A stretch of DNA of 33,342 nucleotides from IMG/VR virus record IMGVR_UViG_3300044676_005230, positions 1 to 33,342 of that record, one strand, 5' to 3'. The position numbers and the translations under genes were made by a program. Of the stretch, positions 25,459-33,342 are shown piece by piece. Position 1 is the first letter of the stretch. Each line of letters opens with the position of its first letter. This DNA is from a virus (Duplodnaviria; Caudoviricetes). The notes beneath the pieces were generated by a model. It searched no databases, was not told where the DNA came from, and worked only from the letters and a program-made list of their open reading frames with translations.

Positions 25459-25838
25459 AATCGACCCCCGCCAGTGCGAAGTTTCTTAAAATCAATATCA
25501 TTAAGAAGTTTCAAATATTTCTTGCGGTCATACTGACCACCGCTTTTCGGATCAAACCCACATTGCTTTATGAGTTTTCCGTGTACTTGCTGTGGAATAC
25601 TGGCAACCATTCCCACGTCTTTACCGCTCCAACCTGACCACGCGTTTTCTAGCTCGGCGTTGGTTTGAAGAGTTGAGTTTATTGCAGACTGCGGGGCCGT
25701 TACCCTAACGGTTGCCTTACCGTTGCTTTCAATTTTTAGCCACTTTGTTTGCTGAGTTTCGGGGTCGTAATCAAACTTTACCCACCCGTCGTCAGGAACA
25801 TGAAAAGCGTCTGATGGTTTTTGACGGACCAACTGCAT
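25455..25838 (-). CDS. Conserved head-module hypothetical protein
   Basis: VASIP...LND.DF.KLRT motif. GGAG RBS. Confidence 0.7.
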   Translation of the reverse strand: MQLVRQKPSDAFHVPDDGWVKFDYDPETQQTKWLKIESNGKATVRVTAPQSAINSTLQTNAELENAWSGWSGKDVGMVASIPQQVHGKLIKQCGFDPKSGGQYDRKKYLKLLNDIDFKKLRTGGGRL

Positions 25839-25848
25839 AACAACTCCA

Positions 25849-25887
25849 TAAAAAAAAGGGCCGGGATTAAAGGCTCCCGGCTGGCCT
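25849..25887 (-). terminator. Terminator/attenuator after the capsid gene
   Basis: GCCGGGA-loop-TCCCGGC followed by CC and a T-run on the minus strand. Confidence 0.75.
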
Positions 25888-25895
25888 GTTCACAC

Positions 25896-26867
25896 TCAGG
25901 TAATAGCGAGGTCTGCGACTGCCGCGTGAGCGTTAGGCGCTGAGACTTCTAGTGTGTACTCAATTAAAATCTGGGACTTTGTACTGTCGCCAGTTTTTGC
26001 AAGAGTCATGTTTTGGAAGGGTCTGAGTTCCTTGACACTGTAGTGTTCTGGATCAAGGAAAAACGAAATCCCTTTCAGGAAATTGCTGGTCATTTGACGG
26101 TTGATGATCGTATCAACTGGGCCAAAATCTGACAGCAAAACGTCCACTGCGCCGATGGCGGTGGCTGGCGCGTCTTTCTGTGTCGTGTACCTAATATCTG
26201 CAGTATCAGAAACGCCACTGCCAAGAACGAGGCTGGACAGCTTGCGCTTTTGAACAGAAGACATCATCAACATTGTTGGGTTTCCACCGTCATCGTATGC
26301 TGATTGATGCGCGTCAAAGTACATTGAAATAGTCGGAGTACGAAGGACCGTGCCTGGCACGTAGGCAGTTGTACCCTTGCCGCTTGACGCAGTCCCCGAC
26401 GTAGTGTTGATATTGGTTAGGTAAGCCGGTAGACCGCCAACAACGCGCGCAGAGGCGCTAGAGCCAGCGTCATAGGCTTGGTTAGCAAGCAGTGTGACTT
26501 CAACGTCACGGCGCAACTCACGGCCCTTCAACACAGTCTGGTAAGCGTGTTCTTTTGCCCGGCCATACTGCTTGATAGCATCCTCAGTTCCAGAGGTCTT
26601 ATACGACTTCTCAGAAATATTTGTGTAGTTGCTAATCAAAACCGTAGGTGTAACAGCGGGGGCTGTTGGGTCAGCACCTTCGACTGCACTATTAGTTGCT
26701 GCGGCAGTTAAATCTTGAGTCTGCCAGTCGTAACGCTTTGAAGACGTTTTGCCTTTTTTAGCGTTGGAGTAAAATGGAGTTTCAAACGGCGCAATGTTTG
26801 AGATGATGTCCGAAACATCCTCGGCTTGGCCGATTGATTCGTAAGTTGTAAATGTCGTATCTGACAT
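25896..26867 (-). CDS. Major capsid protein (DUF5309/SU10-like)
   Basis: EDVSDII.NI.P.ETPF, WQTQDL, NYTNI..K...SGT, ELRRDVE, SDFG, LAKTGD...EYTLEV. Confidence 0.92.
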   Translation of the reverse strand: MSDTTFTTYESIGQAEDVSDIISNIAPFETPFYSNAKKGKTSSKRYDWQTQDLTAAATNSAVEGADPTAPAVTPTVLISNYTNISEKSYKTSGTEDAIKQYGRAKEHAYQTVLKGRELRRDVEVTLLANQAYDAGSSASARVVGGLPAYLTNINTTSGTASSGKGTTAYVPGTVLRTPTISMYFDAHQSAYDDGGNPTMLMMSSVQKRKLSSLVLGSGVSDTADIRYTTQKDAPATAIGAVDVLLSDFGPVDTIINRQMTSNFLKGISFFLDPEHYSVKELRPFQNMTLAKTGDSTKSQILIEYTLEVSAPNAHAAVADLAIT

Positions 26868-26894
26868 AATGTTTTCCTTAGTTTAGGGTAATGA

Positions 26895-27872
26895 TTACCC
26901 CGTCCGACGTTGTTCCAGTAAAGCAACAGCGTCCTCAACGGAGCCTGATTTCATGGCCCGCGCTGCAATTTTCTTAGACTTTCGCACTTTGTTTGTTTCA
27001 GACTGACGAACGCCCGGTTTTGTAACCTTTGGCTTACGTTTTGCCTTCTTTTGCTGAATGGGCTTTTCTTTTTGCAAATTGTCCCATTGCAATGCCTTCC
27101 ATAACGACTCAACGTAAAACGGCTTTGTGTCGGCTAGTTGCAAATCTTCTTTGTCTGCCCCAGCGGACTTGGCCCACTTTGCAACCGATTCCATATCGCT
27201 CACAAAAGCTGACTCATCGCTCCATTGTGGTAGCGACCGCAACACGTCAACAGTGTTGCTTCTAGCTGCTTCCACAGCTTGTTGATCACGTTGCTTAATT
27301 AATATTGCAGCGTCATCAAGCGTTTTTTGCCGTTTTTCCCATTGGAACTTTAATTTAGGCGCTTCTAAGGGGTCTTCTTCAAATAGCGTTTCCCAATTCG
27401 GCTCCACGGGTTGCATCTGACTCAAATTATCGTGCATTTGTCTTAGTTCTTGCGCGACCACTGCCGCAGTTTCATCAAACTTTTTTGCTTTCTCAGCAAG
27501 TGTTTGAGATTTGCGGGTATAATCCGACTGGCGTTGGTATCCCTTAACAAGCTCGTCCGTTGTCACTTGAGATTCTTCACCGTCAATTTTGACTGTGTGG
27601 GCCTCTAGGGCGGCGGTCTGGTCTTCGGGGTCTTCGTCTTGTTCGGTTTCGTCACCATCAATATCGTCTTCAGATTCTTCATCTTCCGACTCATCTTCTG
27701 GCTCATCTTCCGGCGGGTCCGCTTCGGGGGTGTCCTCCGGTTCTATTTCCTCGGCGTCTGTAGCCTCGGCTTGCTCTTGCTCTGCTGGCTTTTCCTGTTG
27801 ACCAGGGGCCGGGCGCGCAGCAAGGGCCGCTGCCGCTTCCTCAATAGAAAGCGGACCAGTATCTTCGCTCAT
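26895..27872 (-). CDS. Capsid scaffolding protein
   Basis: Acidic N-terminus, VKIDGEE..VT.DEL.KGYQRQSDYTRKSQ.LAE. Precedes the MCP. Confidence 0.9.
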   Translation of the reverse strand: MSEDTGPLSIEEAAAALAARPAPGQQEKPAEQEQAEATDAEEIEPEDTPEADPPEDEPEDESEDEESEDDIDGDETEQDEDPEDQTAALEAHTVKIDGEESQVTTDELVKGYQRQSDYTRKSQTLAEKAKKFDETAAVVAQELRQMHDNLSQMQPVEPNWETLFEEDPLEAPKLKFQWEKRQKTLDDAAILIKQRDQQAVEAARSNTVDVLRSLPQWSDESAFVSDMESVAKWAKSAGADKEDLQLADTKPFYVESLWKALQWDNLQKEKPIQQKKAKRKPKVTKPGVRQSETNKVRKSKKIAARAMKSGSVEDAVALLEQRRTG

Positions 27873-27910
27873 GTTTTATTCTCCGACGTATCCGAATTAA
27901 CGGGTGTCTG

Positions 27911-28189
27911 TTACCAAGACTTAGGTATGCGCTTGGGTGTGAGGTTGTTCTCACGCTCTCTGTCCGCAGCCTCTTTGCCGTGAACAATCGCCGTTCTCAG
28001 GTGTGAGTTGACGGCATCAACCACTTTTAAAGCAATTAAGTTTAACGCTCGTTCTTCGTGGTATTTCTCATGCAAAGGCAACGCCAAGGATGCCTCTAAA
28101 TAATTATCTTTGATCTCTTGTAGCGCCTCAGTAAATACAGGGCTGTCAAGTAACCGCTGCGCCTCTTGGGCGCGTTCCTCTGTGTTCAT
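27911..28189 (-). CDS. Conserved small helical protein between portal and scaffold
   Basis: A.EA.RLL.SPVF.EA motif. Position. Confidence 0.75.
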   Translation of the reverse strand: MNTEERAQEAQRLLDSPVFTEALQEIKDNYLEASLALPLHEKYHEERALNLIALKVVDAVNSHLRTAIVHGKEAADRERENNLTPKRIPKSW

Positions 28190-28192
28190 TCA

Positions 28193-28318
28193 TTATCCAT
28201 CGCTAGTTGGAAGCCGTTGAAACGCTGCCTTAAACTCAGGTGGCACAAAGCCCGTTATGCCATAGCGTCTGTAGTGTTCCCTGGCTTCATCTAGCGGGCC
28301 ATCAAAAAGGCTAGGCAT
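28193..28318 (-). CDS. Small hypothetical protein (41 aa, not in ORF track)
   Basis: MPSLFDGPLDEAREHYRRYGITGFVPPEFKAAFQRLPTSDG. TGATG coupling to the portal stop. Confidence 0.5.
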   Translation of the reverse strand: MPSLFDGPLDEAREHYRRYGITGFVPPEFKAAFQRLPTSDG

Positions 28319-30504
28319 CAGTTGGGGATAATACCGTTGCCAGATGGGGCTTTAGCCCGAATTGCCATCTCCTCTAATCCTATCTCAGCAATAAGCTCGT
28401 CAGCTTTAAGGGAGTGGCTCATTTCCATCTTGTCTCTTTCTCGCTGATCTTTGCGAAGCATGTCCTCGTATTTCAACGCGAGATTAATTATTTTTGACTC
28501 GTCAACACTTTGGCCGGTGTCCTTGAGTAGTTCAGCCTCTTTCATTGCTAGTTCACGGGCTTTAATCATAACAGTCGCGGCATCGAGCATCCCGTCTTGC
28601 TGTATTTTCTGGGCTTCAAGCTGAATGCGTTGTTGGCCTTGTTGCAGCTTTCCTTGCACCTCAATCATTTTCGGATCAGGCGGCGGCTGTTGCGCGGGTA
28701 TTTGGAAGTCTGCCGGAACCTCTGTAAAATATTTATCAGCATCAAAGCCCATGCAAACCGCCATATCACGGTATGTATTAACAATCTGATTAACCTTTAC
28801 CGCCGGGTTTTCTGGGCCGTACTGTGCGAAGACTTGCTCTTGCTTGGCAGCAATCAAACTTAACCCTTGCAAGTCGCGCTCTTTGGTTCCACTGCCTAAA
28901 CCCGTCGAGACGTTAACGTCAATTTCAGTTAGACGGCCCCACTCGCGTGGATCAATTGTTTGCTCTTCACCGCGCAATCTGACAACCCGCGAGAAATCCT
29001 GATATTTGATCAAACTTTTAAGAATCGCGCGGCCTAACTTACGCATTCCGCCGTGCGCCCAAATCCGCGCAAATTGCTCTATTTTTCCTTGTGAAGCGTC
29101 ATACGCAATGTTGGCGGCGGTTGCCGATTGGTTAGCTAGCGCCTCTGGACTTAGGCCCATAGAGCCGCGAGAAACGCCAGAGCGGCGCTCTGCTAGGTCA
29201 TTGTAGTATTGCAGACCAGTTAGCGCATGTTGGCCCACAAACGGCACCGTTAGCGGCGCAATAGCCCCGGCTTGTTTGACACCCACCGGCTGGCCCGCCG
29301 CATAACTCAGGACCGCATCCATCGACCCTTTCTCTAGCTTGCTGGTGACAACCTCTAGCTTTGGCCTGTTCGTCAGATACAGGTTATCCAGCATTTGCCG
29401 CTGCAAAACCGTCGATACCTCTTGGTTCTCAGTTAAAGCGTCAGCCGGGCATCGCCCATAAAAAATGTGGGGCAGTGGGATCGGGCAAAAATCAACAAAG
29501 AACATCTGGCAGTCGTGAGGCTCAATCTCAAATACCCGGACTGTTTCCTCGTTTCCCGCAGCCTTAAAATACCAGTCCCTAATGCCCGTACCATCGTAGT
29601 CGCATTTTATAATGCCTTGATGAACCGCAACTTGGCGCATCATCGGGTCTGTGCTGTCTAAGCGCGGCCTGTCGGTATTACGCAACAGGCTTAATCTCTC
29701 ATCTGCAAAATCATGCTCAACATAATCTGGCAACGATGCCGCAAAATCTGGGTCAAGACCCTGGCTAATTAAATCCCCAACCCGTTCAAATGTCCTGTGC
29801 GATTTAAGAACCGCGCCTTCCATTGAACGAGCGTCGCGGCTAATTACAAATTCCTCTGGCGGTATTGGTTCAATGCAAACTTTTGAGCGGTTAATTGTTT
29901 TTTGAACCGTAATGTCAAAGGTTACATTTACGTCGCCGCCATCGCTGCTTTGATTTTCAGTGACCGCAACAATTTCTTCATCTTCTGCCGCCTCTGTTCT
30001 TATGCCGGCTTGCACAAATTGCTCAGTCGTCAGCCCTTCGTAATCCTCTGTGACAATCTCAATATCTTGTTCCCACCACACTTTGAGAACGCCAACGATA
30101 TTAACGAGAGCGTCAAAGCCCCATTGCCAGAGCATATTTTCGCCACGATTATCTTTGCGAATAACTATCTCGTTCACAAAATCCGTAACTGTATTAACCA
30201 GATTGTCGTCTACACCGGGGGCTGGGTCGTACTCAAAAACCCGTGGTCCGCTGGTAAAGATACGCAAAAGGCTTGGCAAAATGAGGTTAATTTGATCCGC
30301 AACCGTTGAGTCAATAACTTGCGATTGACCGCGCTGCGTTGGCAGATTGGACATATCGCCAATGTAATAGCCGTAGTTTTTCTCTCGCCGCGCTGCTATT
30401 TCCCCGTCAGTATAATCTAAAGCGTCTCGCACTTCCGCAGCAATAAATTGACGCAATTCATCTTCACTCATTCCGTCTTGCTTTGGCGTTGGTGTTTTAT
30501 TCAT
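28318..30504 (-). CDS. Portal protein (P22-like with barrel coiled coil)
   Basis: YYIG, LPSLLRIF, IPPEEF.IS, P.PH.FYG, RQMLDNLYLTN. C-terminal Gln-rich helix. Confidence 0.92.
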   Translation of the reverse strand: MNKTPTPKQDGMSEDELRQFIAAEVRDALDYTDGEIAARREKNYGYYIGDMSNLPTQRGQSQVIDSTVADQINLILPSLLRIFTSGPRVFEYDPAPGVDDNLVNTVTDFVNEIVIRKDNRGENMLWQWGFDALVNIVGVLKVWWEQDIEIVTEDYEGLTTEQFVQAGIRTEAAEDEEIVAVTENQSSDGGDVNVTFDITVQKTINRSKVCIEPIPPEEFVISRDARSMEGAVLKSHRTFERVGDLISQGLDPDFAASLPDYVEHDFADERLSLLRNTDRPRLDSTDPMMRQVAVHQGIIKCDYDGTGIRDWYFKAAGNEETVRVFEIEPHDCQMFFVDFCPIPLPHIFYGRCPADALTENQEVSTVLQRQMLDNLYLTNRPKLEVVTSKLEKGSMDAVLSYAAGQPVGVKQAGAIAPLTVPFVGQHALTGLQYYNDLAERRSGVSRGSMGLSPEALANQSATAANIAYDASQGKIEQFARIWAHGGMRKLGRAILKSLIKYQDFSRVVRLRGEEQTIDPREWGRLTEIDVNVSTGLGSGTKERDLQGLSLIAAKQEQVFAQYGPENPAVKVNQIVNTYRDMAVCMGFDADKYFTEVPADFQIPAQQPPPDPKMIEVQGKLQQGQQRIQLEAQKIQQDGMLDAATVMIKARELAMKEAELLKDTGQSVDESKIINLALKYEDMLRKDQRERDKMEMSHSLKADELIAEIGLEEMAIRAKAPSGNGIIPN

Positions 30505-31760
30505 ACGATCCAATCGGTGTTTACAATAGGCACGGTTTCGATGTGTGTGTCCGGCAAGCCAACCGCTAAGTATCGGAAAGCATCAGCCGCGTGGCTTGTC
30601 CAGTCGTGCAGCGGGCGGTTCTTGAATGCCTTTCGCTTGTCATCGAACTCAGTTCTATATTGTTTCAGCGCCTCTATGCCTTGGTTACACTTATCCGCGT
30701 CAATCCAGCACTTTGTTAAAAGCGCCCGTGCCGCGTTAATTCCATCATCTACTGGCAGCTTTGGGGCGACACTTACCCGAAGCCCAAGACCCTCTAGCGT
30801 CTCTCTACGGCTACAGCCAGTGCCTAGCTCTTTTACCTCAACGTCGTGGGGCAATACGTGTTCTGCGTAGACATATGGCTTGCTTCTGAGGTGGTTGACG
30901 TAGTGATCAAGCCCAACGCCTGATGACTCGTAATAGTCAATCAACCTAACTTCGTTTCCGATTTGCTGGGCAAACCATATCGCCGTCGCATCACCTATGC
31001 CCAAGTCCCAGGCGGTGATTACGTCTAGGTCACGCTCCCACGGCACCGAACCAATACGACTTTCGCTCTCTAAAAACTTAAACTCAGTGGCGTAGTAAGC
31101 GCCTTGTATAGCAGCATCAAAACTGCACTCGTACTCTTGCTGGTACTGGTCTTCAGTTAGGTCGCGCTTTGCGGCTTCCAGTTCTTCTTCATCAACAATG
31201 CCCGTTTCTGAGGCTTTTAGCGACAATGCTTGGTATTGGTCATTTGCCTGGGCTTCATTCCAGACGTTGTAAAATTCGTTATGCCCAGCGGGCGTGCCGA
31301 TCCACGTACACCAACCTTTGCGGTCACTGAGCGCCGGTCTGATGACCTCCCATATCCTCGGGTCCATAGTGGCGAACTCATCAAGAATAACGCCGTCGAA
31401 GTATAGCCCCCGAAGCCGGTCGTAGTTCTCGGCACCGTAAAGCCTAACGCGTCCGCCGTTGGGAAGGTCAACCCGCAGTTCTGACTCATTAGGCGTTATG
31501 TCGTAATGCTCAATGACTGGGGCTGCGTACTGCTTCACATATTCCCAAGCAACGTCTTTTGCTTGGTTGTAGTGCGGCGCAATGTAGGCAAACCGTGGAT
31601 TCTTGTTTGTGCAAGTCAACGCGCCTTTAATTAGCTCGTTAATGCAAGCAACCGTCTTACCGGCCCGGCGATGGGCGACAATGCAACTAAACCTTTCTGA
31701 GCGGTTATGGAATGGCTTGAACTGGTCCCTGGGTTTGTAAGGGATGACTAGCTCTGCCAA
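30501..31760 (-). CDS. terL: Terminase large subunit
   Basis: HRRAGKT Walker A, LRG...VILDE Walker B, GTP, AWDLG..D, HDWTSHAADAFRY. Confidence 0.97.
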   Translation of the reverse strand: MAELVIPYKPRDQFKPFHNRSERFSCIVAHRRAGKTVACINELIKGALTCTNKNPRFAYIAPHYNQAKDVAWEYVKQYAAPVIEHYDITPNESELRVDLPNGGRVRLYGAENYDRLRGLYFDGVILDEFATMDPRIWEVIRPALSDRKGWCTWIGTPAGHNEFYNVWNEAQANDQYQALSLKASETGIVDEEELEAAKRDLTEDQYQQEYECSFDAAIQGAYYATEFKFLESESRIGSVPWERDLDVITAWDLGIGDATAIWFAQQIGNEVRLIDYYESSGVGLDHYVNHLRSKPYVYAEHVLPHDVEVKELGTGCSRRETLEGLGLRVSVAPKLPVDDGINAARALLTKCWIDADKCNQGIEALKQYRTEFDDKRKAFKNRPLHDWTSHAADAFRYLAVGLPDTHIETVPIVNTDWIV

Positions 31761-32080
31761 CTAACTTTTACCTCTCCAGAATGCTCCGTAACCTGTGTTT
31801 CTTTCCACCCCATTCGGGTCTTTGTCCACCAGATCGAAGCCGTGGTGTTTCCCGCTATGGCTTGCTTGTAAAGGCTCTCTGCAATCTTGGCGCTCGCCTT
31901 GGCGTCCCCGACCTCTAGTTCACGGGCAAAGTGTTTGCGTAGAGTCTCCCGGCAGATAGCACCGCCCGTGTTTGGGTTAGTGATTAGCTTGGCAATCTGC
32001 TCTTCTGGTATGCCATAGCCCTTCATCGCTTCGACTTGCTTACGGTGTTCTTCGGTGGGTTCAAACGGTTTATTCGGCAT
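31748..32080 (-). CDS. terS: Terminase small subunit
   Basis: HTH (TLRKHF..EL..G), A.IWWTKTRMGWKE. Directly upstream of terL. Confidence 0.8.
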   Translation of the reverse strand: MPNKPFEPTEEHRKQVEAMKGYGIPEEQIAKLITNPNTGGAICRETLRKHFARELEVGDAKASAKIAESLYKQAIAGNTTASIWWTKTRMGWKETQVTEHSGEVKVSWQS

Positions 32081-33257
32081 TAGCCCGCTCCGCTTTTTCC
32101 CCTGTAAATTCTTCCCACCGCTTTACCGCAACATCAACGTATGTCGGGTTTAGTTCGATTGCGTAGCAGCATCTCCCGGTCATCTCAGCCGCGATAATTG
32201 TAGTCCCTGACCCACTAAACGGCTCGTATACCGCTTGACCGGGGCTTGAGTTGTTTTCAATAGGTCGCTTCATACACTCGACAGGCTTCTGGGTGCCGTG
32301 GCCCACACCAGAGTCATCCCGAGACTTAATGCTCCATATCGTGCTTTGAGAGCGGTCACCCGCCCACCCAGCCGTGTCCCTCACCGCATACCAGCAAGGT
32401 TCATGCTGCCAATGGTAGTCCCCTCGAGACAAAGCAAACCGATCCTTGGACCATATGATTTGGGAACGTATAGAGAAGCCGTTTGTCTCTAAGCTTTCCG
32501 CCACCGTTCCAGCGTGAAGACCTCCATGCCAAACGTAGGCCACAGAACCAGGGAATAGCGACCAAGCCTCACCCCAGTCTGCGCGGTCGTCGTTTTCCAC
32601 CTTTCCCATCTTTTCAGTGTTCTTATTAACGCCAGCCTTTGCTCGCCAGGATGGGTCATAATCTACCCCATAGGGCGGGTCCGTAACCATTAGGTGCGGG
32701 CTAACACCTTCCAGACACTTATCAACCACTAAGGGGTCGGTGCAATCGCCACACACCAAACGGTGTCGGCCTAGCTGCCAAACATCCCCCAACTCAGTTA
32801 TGGGGTTCTCCGGTGTCTCCGGTACATCATCCGGGTCCGTTAGCCCCTCGGTCTTATCCAGAAGCCCGGCAAGCTCCGAGTCATCAAAGCCCGTGAGGGA
32901 TAGGTCAAAGTCTAACTCTTGCAGCCCCTCGATTTCCGCCTTGAGGGTTTCAATATCCCACCCTGCGTTTAGTGCCAGCTTGTTATCAGCGATTATGTAC
33001 GCCTTGCGTTGGGCGGGCGTTAAGTGTGCAAGCTCTATCGTGGGCGCGGTGCTAAAGCCAAGCAATTTGGCCGCTTCCAACCGCCCATGCCCCGCAATTA
33101 TGCCGTTCTCTTCATCAATCAGGATGGGGTTGTTAAACCCAAACTCTTTAATGCTCGCCGCGATCTGCGCAACCTGCTCTTGGCTGTGTGTTCTAGCGTT
33201 CCCCGGATAAGGCAGAAGGCTTGATATTTCCCTCTCTTTTATTGTGTCTACTTTCAT
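32070..33257 (-). CDS. ParB-like N-domain fused to beta-class N6/N4 DNA methyltransferase
   Basis: NARTHS...IIAGHGRL...ADNKLA (ParB). TDPPY, HGTQKPV, EPFSGSGTT (MTase). Confidence 0.93.
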   Translation of the reverse strand: MKVDTIKEREISSLLPYPGNARTHSQEQVAQIAASIKEFGFNNPILIDEENGIIAGHGRLEAAKLLGFSTAPTIELAHLTPAQRKAYIIADNKLALNAGWDIETLKAEIEGLQELDFDLSLTGFDDSELAGLLDKTEGLTDPDDVPETPENPITELGDVWQLGRHRLVCGDCTDPLVVDKCLEGVSPHLMVTDPPYGVDYDPSWRAKAGVNKNTEKMGKVENDDRADWGEAWSLFPGSVAYVWHGGLHAGTVAESLETNGFSIRSQIIWSKDRFALSRGDYHWQHEPCWYAVRDTAGWAGDRSQSTIWSIKSRDDSGVGHGTQKPVECMKRPIENNSSPGQAVYEPFSGSGTTIIAAEMTGRCCYAIELNPTYVDVAVKRWEEFTGEKAERANAE

Positions 33258-33342
33258 CCCAGTCCTTTCGGGTGTTGGGTTAATGATTTAGTTGCTTTGC
33301 TGCGTCAAAATAGTTGTGGTCTGCGTGCATACCTAGCTTTCG
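33164..33342. repeat. Terminal direct repeat, right copy
   Basis: Matches 1-179 with 4 mismatches at 33291, 33292, 33294 and 33295. Confidence 0.95.

Noticed and set aside
16264-33224. Many plus-strand ORFs in the structural region
   Set aside because: Antisense shadows of well-supported minus-strand genes, with no recognisable motifs.

Overview
Apparently complete, circularly assembled genome (~33,163 bp plus a 179-bp terminal overlap) of a temperate, short-tailed (podovirus-type) dsDNA phage, most likely of an alphaproteobacterial host. It has lambda-like logic. A central cro/cI switch (5769-6731) has shared operators. A plus-strand early arm carries ERF, SSB, DUF1367, xis and int, and ends in an attP whose core is the 3' half of tRNA-Pro(CGG). 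A minus-strand early arm carries RusA, a DnaA-C-like HTH, a replication initiator with internal iterons and a Q-like regulator. A long minus-strand late operon starts at a pR'/tR'-like unit (~2027-2111) and wraps across the contig ends: two glycosyltransferase-like genes, ParB-methylase, terminases, portal, scaffold, capsid, adaptor, fibres, nozzle, ejection proteins, lysis genes, a metallophosphoesterase and four very basic small proteins. The most notable observations: (1) the CI repressor has lost both its Ala-Gly cleavage site and its catalytic Lys, no antirepressor is recognisable, and a perfect alphaproteobacterial LexA box sits inside the attP arm between 26-bp perfect direct repeats, suggesting a non-canonical induction/excision circuit; (2) a Maf/DUF115 sialyltransferase-like plus GT-B gene pair heads the late operon, a candidate virion-glycosylation system. 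All family assignments come from motif recognition by eye; no searches were run.
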